Below are positions 48,807-56,098 of a stretch of 64,000 nucleotides of DNA, piece by piece (position 1 is the stretch's first letter; every line of letters starts with the position of its first letter). This DNA comes from Candidatus Thalassarchaeum sp. Lineage in GTDB: Archaea > Thermoplasmatota > Poseidoniia > Poseidoniales > Thalassarchaeaceae. The stretch covers positions 19,981 to 83,980 of the forward strand of contig JAKURL010000004.1 in NCBI GenBank assembly GCA_022449345.1, given 5' to 3'. A program made the translations under genes and the position numbers. The notes beneath the pieces are model-generated. The model had not been told where the DNA came from. It saw only the letters and a program-made list of their open reading frames with translations, and did no database searches.

Positions 48807-49802
48807 TCAAGGAATTAGGTCTTCATGCCCACCGGCCATCGGTGGTTCATCATCATCCCAATCAGCTGGAGAGTCTATGTCGATGGCTAGCAGTTGCCCG
48901 AATAGGGGCCACATAGGTTGTAACCACTCCATCTCCGCCATGAGTAATTCAAACACAGGATGCTCGACTAATTCATCCTCAGTAGCATCCTCATCTAGAG
49001 GTGGAATGTCGGAAGGCATACCTCTCAGTGATTCTACCAATTCTTCGATTCGTTGAACTGTCTCATCATCGATTTCAACAAGTTCTACAATTATGTTCAG
49101 AGCGTCCTCAATATGGTCAGCTAGTGCTTGAGGGTCTAATGGGTCTCGTTCAGCCTCTGCAAGGTCCATCGGTCCGAATACAACATTTCCAAGTTCTGTA
49201 TCCATCCAATCATTACCTTGTCGTTCTCGCTTCAGTAGAGTTTGTTGAATCGGACCTCCAAATGGCCCGAGAACAAATCCTCCTTCCTCCACCATACCTG
49301 CAACGGTCAAAGGTATCTCTCGCACAGCGCCCGTAATCAAGACCCTGTCAACACCTCTGGTAATCTCATCGTTATCTTCGAGGGCGCGAACCGGTAGTAC
49401 TCGAATTAGACCCTTATAGTCGTGGAATTCTATTCTCTCCTCGGTATGGTCCAGCACCGCTGGATGAGGTTCTACAACCGTTACCATGCCGTTTTCACCA
49501 ACGATATCGTCTATTAGCGCAGAAAGGTAACCCCCCTTTGCTCCAATCAACAAAACATGCTGCCCAGAACGAAGCTCAAGGTGATGTAGAAGTGTAGCGA
49601 TCATGTGGGGGGCGGAGATTGTTTTCGCAGCATCATGGTCGGTAATTAGGAAGGGCACAGGCCGATCTTGCCAAAATGCGTCTAATTCGAAGTCTGTGAA
49701 TGATCCAATGAAGACAATCTGCATCGACTCAGCCACTTCATCTTTCAGAGGAATGCCACTTTTTCGCAGCCTATCCATCAGGTCCTGTACAGGGTTCATC
49801 AC
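48807..49802 (-). CDS. pcm: Protein-L-isoaspartate O-methyltransferase with a roughly 120-aa acidic C-terminal extension
   Basis: The PIMT N-terminal pattern and SAM motif (VLLIGAKGGYLSALI) are present. The extension is rich in D/E. Confidence 0.8.
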   Translation of the reverse strand: MMNPVQDLMDRLRKSGIPLKDEVAESMQIVFIGSFTDFELDAFWQDRPVPFLITDHDAAKTISAPHMIATLLHHLELRSGQHVLLIGAKGGYLSALIDDIVGENGMVTVVEPHPAVLDHTEERIEFHDYKGLIRVLPVRALEDNDEITRGVDRVLITGAVREIPLTVAGMVEEGGFVLGPFGGPIQQTLLKRERQGNDWMDTELGNVVFGPMDLAEAERDPLDPQALADHIEDALNIIVELVEIDDETVQRIEELVESLRGMPSDIPPLDEDATEDELVEHPVFELLMAEMEWLQPMWPLFGQLLAIDIDSPADWDDDEPPMAGGHEDLIP

Positions 49803-49866
49803 TCCACCTTAACACAGGTTATTCCACCACCAATCATTTGAACACATTGCGTCTGCGTTCTCACTC

Positions 49867-49942
49867 AGGGCCCGTGGTCTAGGGGTTATGACGTCGCTCT
49901 TACAAAGCGAAGATCACCGGTTCAATTCCGGTCGGGCCCACC
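49867..49942 (+). tRNA. tRNA-Val (anticodon UAC), CCA encoded
   Basis: 76 nt, GGGCCCG...UCGCU CUUACAA AGCGA...ACCGG UUCAAUU CCGGU CGGGCCC A CCA; the cloverleaf folds cleanly. Confidence 0.85.
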
Positions 49943-50000
49943 AAAAATATCCTTTTTTCGCCTGTGAAAGAGTCAAGAAGGGCGAGCCGAACGAGCAATC

Positions 50001-50687
50001 GTGGTCGAAGAGACTGCAGCGCTCGCCTCGAGGTTGAGCCGAAGACTCCGGAAGAGGGGGTGGAGCATAGCCACCGCAGAGTCCTGTACCGGCGGATTGC
50101 TTGCCTCAACCTTCACAGATATCTCCGGAGCAACCAATTGGTTCAATCAAGGATGGGTAGTCTACAACAATGAAGCAAAGATGCGCGAACTTGGTGTGGA
50201 AAAGACCGCTTTTGACCAAGGTGAAGCCGGTGCGGTGTCTCACCAAGTCGCGCTACAGATGGCTAGGGGCGCCAGATATCGTTCCGATGCCGAGGTATCG
50301 ATTGCCATCACCGGCATCGCTGGGCCCGGCGGAGCTACAGCCAACAAAGAGGTTGGGTTAGTTCACGTTGCAGTAACCGCCGGGGACCAATTCATTGTTC
50401 GTCGAAGGGACTTTGGTGAGAACGATCGACTGGATAACAAGAAATCATTCGTTTCCTTCGCGCTCCGACTTGCTCTCGAACTTCTAGATAGAGTCGTCGA
50501 AGATGAAGATCGCCTCGCCGCCGTAGAGAACCGTGTGGAAGGCGACGAAGAGCAGCAACCCGAATCAATGGACCCAACATCCGAACAATGGCAAGGTAAT
50601 CTGTCATGGGCGGATTGGGAAACAGAAACCGTTGAAGATGAGATTCAGAAGGTAGATTTAGCCTCCCTGACAGATTGGGATGAGTGA
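50001..50687 (+). CDS. CinA C-terminal domain protein (nicotinamide-nucleotide amidohydrolase PncC-like) with an acidic tail
   Basis: SIATAESCTGGLLAS and the remaining CinA-C fold motifs are present. The last 70 aa are D/E-rich. Confidence 0.75.
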   Translation: MVEETAALASRLSRRLRKRGWSIATAESCTGGLLASTFTDISGATNWFNQGWVVYNNEAKMRELGVEKTAFDQGEAGAVSHQVALQMARGARYRSDAEVSIAITGIAGPGGATANKEVGLVHVAVTAGDQFIVRRRDFGENDRLDNKKSFVSFALRLALELLDRVVEDEDRLAAVENRVEGDEEQQPESMDPTSEQWQGNLSWADWETETVEDEIQKVDLASLTDWDE

Positions 50688-50760
50688 GTAAATCAGAATT
50701 CGGCTCTATGAGCCGTATCAGGCGATATCATCATGAGCGGTCCGGTGCGACCTTCGGTGG

Positions 50761-52395
50761 ATGGCCGTTGAGTCTTGGGCTGAAAAGAGTCGAATCCTCG
50801 CTGCCGCGGGGCTCATCGTAATGGGTAGAGATGCCCAAACGAAGATAGAGAAATTAGCAAATCTCTCACCCTTGATTGAAGCAGCAACTGCTAGCAGCAC
50901 TCGAGTATTGACAAGTCAAAGCATAGATGAGTTACTAACAATCGTGCCAACCGAGGAAACCATAACCGAAACCGATTCGCCAGTACAAACCAGTTCCCAA
51001 ACATTGCAAGCCACATTAGCAAGACCGGAAACTGGCGAAGTGATTGGAAGAACAATCGCTCCAATCACCAATAAAGAACCATCGCCTGCACCAAGGCCAC
51101 ACGGATTGGACCACTATCGTATGCAGGATTTTCCGATGCAAGCCGCCGATGTAGATGCTGAGATTGAGATTCACTTCGATATCACGGGTTTCTCTAGGAC
51201 TGAGGGTAAAATGACCGATATCCAATCTTTTTTCGCCGACCGATTGAAGCAAATTCGCAACTTACTCATCACCGGTGGGGCTCTCCCTCGTCGCCCAGTT
51301 AGCATAGCCGAGGCTTGGCGTAATCGACAGAGGCATACATCGAAAGATTACGAGATTACGCTGGTTGGCCTAGCCTCAGAATCTCGCAGGACTCGTTCAG
51401 GAAACTTAAGTTTCGTGCTAGAAGATGAAACTCAGAATATCCGATGTTCGCTTCGTCCACCATCTGAGGCGAGTCCGCTTCATCCTGCTTTAGACGGACT
51501 GATGAACGACGATGTTGTTGGGATTAGCGGACATTTCCTCCTCGGCGAGAGAAACCCTCTATTCATGGCTAGCAATATCCATCTCCCACCAATGAGACAA
51601 CACTCGAAGGCAACTGCAGGCGAGGACCGTGCCGTCTCAGCCGCCTTCCTATCAGACGTTCATGTTGGCTCCAAGACATTCTTGGGCCCTCAATGGGAGA
51701 AGATGATTAAATGGTTCAATACAGATCCGTTGGCTCGTACTGTGAAATATTTCGTTCTTAGCGGAGATGGAGTCGACGGTGTAGGGATATATCCTGGTCA
51801 GGAAAGACATCTAGCCATTACAGATCTATTTGCACAATATGGAGAACTAGCACGCCTCTTGGAAGGACTTCCGGATTGGGTCGATGTAGTCATTTTACCC
51901 GGTAATCACGACGCTGTACGTCCTGCTGAACCTCAACCTGCATTAGATCCAGAAGTGCAACAGGATTACTCAGATGCAGTCTTCGTTGGCAACCCATGTG
52001 AATTCAGCCTTCATGGAGTTCGAATCCTATCCTATCACGGCAAGAGTATCGATGATTTTGTTGCTGGGCTTCGATCAGTAACCTACTCCACACCCGAGAT
52101 GGCGATGCGGGCTATGTTGGAGAGAAGGCATCTAGCACCATCTTGGGGCGGTAAGACTCCTTTATCGCCAGAACCGGAGGATAGGATGGTGATTCGTCAA
52201 ATTCCGGATATTTTTGTCACTGGACACGTTCATGGCCACTATGTTGGGAATCACAAAGGCACAACAATCGTTCATTCCTCAACATGGCAGGACCAAACCG
52301 ATTATCAGAGAATGCTCGGTTTCCAACCGAAGCCATGCATTCTGACTGTGATAAATTTGCATACTCACGAATCGGCGAGCATACCCTTTGCTTGA
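50761..52395 (+). CDS. polB: DNA polymerase II (PolD) small subunit DP1
   Basis: 544 aa. An N-terminal region and an OB fold are followed by a calcineurin-like phosphoesterase with the motifs FLSDVHVGS, SGDGVDG, GNHD and GHVH. Confidence 0.8.
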   Translation: MAVESWAEKSRILAAAGLIVMGRDAQTKIEKLANLSPLIEAATASSTRVLTSQSIDELLTIVPTEETITETDSPVQTSSQTLQATLARPETGEVIGRTIAPITNKEPSPAPRPHGLDHYRMQDFPMQAADVDAEIEIHFDITGFSRTEGKMTDIQSFFADRLKQIRNLLITGGALPRRPVSIAEAWRNRQRHTSKDYEITLVGLASESRRTRSGNLSFVLEDETQNIRCSLRPPSEASPLHPALDGLMNDDVVGISGHFLLGERNPLFMASNIHLPPMRQHSKATAGEDRAVSAAFLSDVHVGSKTFLGPQWEKMIKWFNTDPLARTVKYFVLSGDGVDGVGIYPGQERHLAITDLFAQYGELARLLEGLPDWVDVVILPGNHDAVRPAEPQPALDPEVQQDYSDAVFVGNPCEFSLHGVRILSYHGKSIDDFVAGLRSVTYSTPEMAMRAMLERRHLAPSWGGKTPLSPEPEDRMVIRQIPDIFVTGHVHGHYVGNHKGTTIVHSSTWQDQTDYQRMLGFQPKPCILTVINLHTHESASIPFA

Positions 52396-52412
52396 GTTGG
52401 TTGCAGGCTTAT

Positions 52413-53087
52413 TCATTCTGGAAATGGCTCACCGAATAGGGGCTGCCAAATTTTCCTCAGGTCTCTTCCTTCGACAATTGGAACTCCTGCTTTGACAAAA
52501 TCCTCAGCCCCTCTATTTGAGGCTGGATTGAAACCAATGAATCGTGACCCTGGAATCATCATCGAAAGGTCGGGGCCAGAGTCGCCAACGGAGACGATGT
52601 AGGCGGGGTCAATCGAGTTAATTTTCGCCAATTTTTCGACCATTGCACCCTTGTTATGAGAGTCAACCATTGTTTGCTTTGAACCCACCAACCAGCCTCC
52701 CTCATTCCATTCGAATCCATTCGCTGCCCAATCATCTACTTTCAGCATATTTGCAATTGAGCCGACCATTAGGTCGACGCCTGAAGATACGATTGCAACT
52801 AAAATGCCACGTTTTTGTAACACCTCGACGACTTCTCTGGCACCTGTCATTAGTTTGATTCCTGAATAACATCTCATGATATCATCACGATGAATTTCCG
52901 GTTGTACTTCTCGCCACATTCGGATATCATCCGAGACAAATTCAGCATCTGTAATTTCCTTGCGAAGGAACTTGGCAAGCATTTCGGAGTTCTCAGTTCC
53001 AAAATGGTCGTGTATATTCTGCCACGAAGAGTCGTTGTCGGCTAGTACCCCATCGCAATCGAAGGCCACCGCTTTGACGTCGTGCAT
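52413..53087 (-). CDS. HAD-superfamily phosphatase (phosphoserine-phosphatase-like)
   Basis: HAD motif I is AFDCDGVLAD; motif III/IV is SVGDSGPD. Confidence 0.65.
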   Translation of the reverse strand: MHDVKAVAFDCDGVLADNDSSWQNIHDHFGTENSEMLAKFLRKEITDAEFVSDDIRMWREVQPEIHRDDIMRCYSGIKLMTGAREVVEVLQKRGILVAIVSSGVDLMVGSIANMLKVDDWAANGFEWNEGGWLVGSKQTMVDSHNKGAMVEKLAKINSIDPAYIVSVGDSGPDLSMMIPGSRFIGFNPASNRGAEDFVKAGVPIVEGRDLRKIWQPLFGEPFPE

Positions 53088-53170
53088 GTTTGTGGTTGGG
53101 CAAAGTTAGGTGTTTAGATTCTGCGCGGCGATGGGTTGGTTATATTGCGACCTTATCTTTGGATGAGGAT

Positions 53171-53428
53171 ATGGGAGAAGGCGACTTAGCCATAAAGGTC
53201 AAAATGCTATTTTTTGGCCCGCTTGCAGAAGCGATGGGCGAGCGGGAAATTGAGGTCGCAATGCTTCAAGGATCCACAGCAAGGCAACTTATCGACCGGT
53301 TTCGGCTAACTCCAATGTTAGACTCGGGCTTGAGAGTCGCAATCGATGGTGTGGTCGGGGCAAATTTGGATGCGAGCCTCTCTGATGCTTCTGAAATCGT
53401 ATTTCTGCCGCCGGTTTCTGGTGGATGA
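53171..53428 (+). CDS. MoaD/ThiS-like beta-grasp small protein ending in Gly-Gly (SAMP-like)
   Basis: MGEGDLAIKVKMLFFGPLAEAMG...EIVFLPPVSGG is the MoaD pattern with the C-terminal GG. The start is chosen at the internal Met, which gives about 85 aa. Confidence 0.55.
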   Translation: MGEGDLAIKVKMLFFGPLAEAMGEREIEVAMLQGSTARQLIDRFRLTPMLDSGLRVAIDGVVGANLDASLSDASEIVFLPPVSGG

Positions 53429-53502
53429 GGCAAAACCATCTCTATTGTGCCTACTTTGCCGAAGCCTTTGATAGAGGATAGCCGCACCTAAAGACGAGCA
53501 AC

Positions 53503-53712
53503 ATGGCATTAGGGTCAACTGAACTGATTATCATCGCGATATTGGCAATCTTCCTATTCGGCGCAAGGAGAATTCCAGAACTTGCTCGAAACATGGGTAG
53601 AGCCAAGGGTGAATTCCAAGCCGGTATCACTGAAGTAACCTCTCCCTCTACTGCTGAGGTAGACATGGACCGAGCCGGAGTTAGTGAAGAAGCAACTGGC
53701 GAAAGTGAGTAA
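53503..53712 (+). CDS. tatA: Sec-independent translocase component TatA/E
   Basis: The TM helix plus amphipathic helix motif is ELIIIAILAIFLFGARRIPELARNMGRAKGEF. Confidence 0.75.
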   Translation: MALGSTELIIIAILAIFLFGARRIPELARNMGRAKGEFQAGITEVTSPSTAEVDMDRAGVSEEATGESE

Positions 53713-53721
53713 TCACCCTCT

Positions 53722-54219
53722 TCATTTCCTTCGCTTCAATCGTAATGTTGAGCCACAGTCGTGACAGTTTCCGTATTCGTTGGGTTCAGCATTGGTGGAT
53801 TCTGAGGCCGCAACCTCAATTCCACAGCCAGAACATATCAGAACCCATGACCAAACCTCTCTGATCCCTACTTCGCTAACCGTTTGCCAAGGAATTTCCA
53901 GTGTAGTAGCGATGTTTTGCATGCGGTAATCATCAGTAACCAATATTGCCGACCTTTCCAATGCGAGTGAGATCAATGACAGGTCGGTTTCTGAAATTCC
54001 GCTAATGTCGCCGCTATCTTTGGCGGTAATGGCCACTTTATCCATCGATTCTTGACTTGGCTGACAATTTACTAGCCCTAGACTATCCAAGATAGCGGCC
54101 CTGTCTGGTGAAATGCGTTGTAATTCTTCCTCTTGATGCTGAACTATCATCCCGCCAGATAACTCCGAGATTGGCCAAGCAATCAGGGCAGCGGTATCGA
54201 GTACACGCGCCTCAGCCAT
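53722..54219 (-). CDS. nob1: Nob1-like PIN-domain endonuclease with a C-terminal zinc ribbon
   Basis: PIN is indicated by VLDTAALI and LVTDDYRMQN. The zinc ribbon is CSGCG...CHDCGS. The start is chosen at the Met 23 codons inside the listed ORF. Confidence 0.5.
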   Translation of the reverse strand: MAEARVLDTAALIAWPISELSGGMIVQHQEEELQRISPDRAAILDSLGLVNCQPSQESMDKVAITAKDSGDISGISETDLSLISLALERSAILVTDDYRMQNIATTLEIPWQTVSEVGIREVWSWVLICSGCGIEVAASESTNAEPNEYGNCHDCGSTLRLKRRK

Positions 54220-54321
54220 AGTATGGGCTAGGCGAACCAACCTATCAGGGGTGGGGTAGAGTGGTTGCCTAGCGACATTGGGCGGCAACCTTCATCCCAA
54301 ATCGGTTGGAGGCCGCGCCTG

Positions 54322-54918
54322 ATGGACATCGTACCCCAAGACGTCGTCGACTCGGCAATTGAGTGGGCAGATGGTCTTGGATACCTTGGTCTTGCATTAC
54401 TATCGGCTACCGAAGCTGCACTCCAACCTGTCCCTCCGGACCCTTTGGTTTGGGATATGATTCTAGATTCGGATAGTGGTTTTGTGGTGGCAGCAGTGGT
54501 TCTAGTCGCAACTTTTTCCAGCGTTCTTGGAGCACTTGTCGGATATGCAATAGGAATGTACGCAGGAGGTTGGCTACTCGAGAGATTTGTTTCTGAGTCA
54601 ACTATTGCAAGGCTGAATGTACTTGTTGAAAGGTATGGTTCAGCTGGCATATTTATCGCTGCAGTATCCCCAATTCCATACAAGGCTCTAGCTTGGATCG
54701 CAGGTGCAGGTAGGATGGATTTGCGACTATTCGTTGCCGCAGGGCTTTTTGGCCGAGGTCTGCGCTTTGGGATTCCAGGTGCTCTTCTTGGATTGTATGG
54801 AGACACAATGTTGGATTCGTTGAATTGGATAACATTCAGTTTTGCGTCAATTCTAGGTCTTGTAATCGTAGTTCCTGCAGTCCGCTGGTGGAAAGGTCTG
54901 CTAGATGAGGAAGAATGA
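54322..54918 (+). CDS. DedA/YqaA-like membrane protein
   Basis: About 4 TM helices; the G-x-F-x-RF-like and PYKALAWIAGAG motifs are present. Confidence 0.45.
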   Translation: MDIVPQDVVDSAIEWADGLGYLGLALLSATEAALQPVPPDPLVWDMILDSDSGFVVAAVVLVATFSSVLGALVGYAIGMYAGGWLLERFVSESTIARLNVLVERYGSAGIFIAAVSPIPYKALAWIAGAGRMDLRLFVAAGLFGRGLRFGIPGALLGLYGDTMLDSLNWITFSFASILGLVIVVPAVRWWKGLLDEEE

Positions 54919-54986
54919 GACATTCTATTCTTGACAAACACTACACCCCACGCGTCTTATACCACACACGAAGCTCTGACTTTGTT

Positions 54987-56018
54987 ATGGGAGGGGATAC
55001 TGTGTGGTCTGCCCCCGCTTTTAGAGCCTCGATTGTAGCGGGCCTTTTCTTAGTCCTACTTTGTTCATTCTCTACTCCAGCAATTGCTGACACGGCCACC
55101 ACGACCTCAGAGGCCACATGGGTAAGGGGCGAAGATGGAATGTGGATGCTAGAATCTTCGGAAACTGGTGGTCTAATCGTAGCTAACCCAATCCCCGGAG
55201 TGACCCTTCATCCAATCGCTGATGCCAAAGTGTTGTTGACTTATACGATGAATCAGGAAGGCATTTGGTCGATTCAAAGCGAAACTATCGTCGAATACCT
55301 CAATCCAGGTAACCAAGACCCAGAAACAACTGGTTCAGACAGCGATTCCTCTAGCACGGAGAAAACTATTCTTGTTCCAACAAATCTTCTCTCTCCCCTA
55401 ATCGCGTTGATTGGTTCATTGTTCCTATTAGTAGGGTTAGTAGCCGGCGCAGACGAGCCCACAAGAGCCAGAGTCGTCGAGTCCTTGGGAAGATTCTCCG
55501 ATCTATCGGTTACTGAGGGTCCCGGAACCCTAGCAGGAAACTATCAGCGTGGAAGAATCATCGGATTCCTAACCGCGCATCCAGGGTGTCATCTTTCAGG
55601 GATGATTCGGGCGCTTGAACTCGGTAACCATCAGGCTGTACATCACCTGAGGACTTTAGAACAAGAGAACAAGGTCTGGTGTCGTCGTGATGGACGCCTA
55701 CTTCGATACTACACCAGCGAAGTAAATCGAGAGGCTGAATTGTCAGGTTTGCCTCGGCCAGTCGATGTCAAACAAATCTCCGACGTTGCATTGATGATCC
55801 TACGCACAATTGCCGAACAGACACCTGATTCACCATCCCCAACTCAAAGAGAATTAGCAAGCGAGTTGAAGACCAGCCAGCAACTGATTAGCCATCATCT
55901 CCTCAGGCTGGAAAATCAAGGTCTGATAAGTCGAGAAAGACGAGGATTGCGAACCCGCAGAATTCTCACTAGCGAAGGCGAGAAAGTTTGGGCTGGTTTA
56001 CAATCTCCTTCTCTATGA
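54987..56018 (+). CDS. Membrane-anchored protein with an extracytoplasmic N-domain and two cytoplasmic winged-helix DNA-binding domains
   Basis: It has a signal/TM segment (IVAGLFLVLLCSF), an exported region of about 120 aa, a second TM (LLSPLIALIGSLFLLVGLVAG), then two HTH/wing units (GCHLSGMIRALE...VHHLRTLE and QRELASELKTSQQLISHHLLRLENQGLI). The listed ORF starts at 54915. Confidence 0.55.
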   Translation: MGGDTVWSAPAFRASIVAGLFLVLLCSFSTPAIADTATTTSEATWVRGEDGMWMLESSETGGLIVANPIPGVTLHPIADAKVLLTYTMNQEGIWSIQSETIVEYLNPGNQDPETTGSDSDSSSTEKTILVPTNLLSPLIALIGSLFLLVGLVAGADEPTRARVVESLGRFSDLSVTEGPGTLAGNYQRGRIIGFLTAHPGCHLSGMIRALELGNHQAVHHLRTLEQENKVWCRRDGRLLRYYTSEVNREAELSGLPRPVDVKQISDVALMILRTIAEQTPDSPSPTQRELASELKTSQQLISHHLLRLENQGLISRERRGLRTRRILTSEGEKVWAGLQSPSL

Positions 56019-56098
56019 TTGGAGAATTTGAGAATTAATTCCATTCTTGACAAATCCTACAACCCACATCCCTCTAATAGCGTACGTGAGACGGTAGG

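Noticed and set aside
54228-54941. 237-aa minus-strand ORF antisense to the DedA-like gene
   Set aside because: Its low-complexity S/T/P/R-rich translation has no motifs. The plus-strand ORF encodes a coherent multi-helix membrane protein, and the minus-strand start would also run into nob1.
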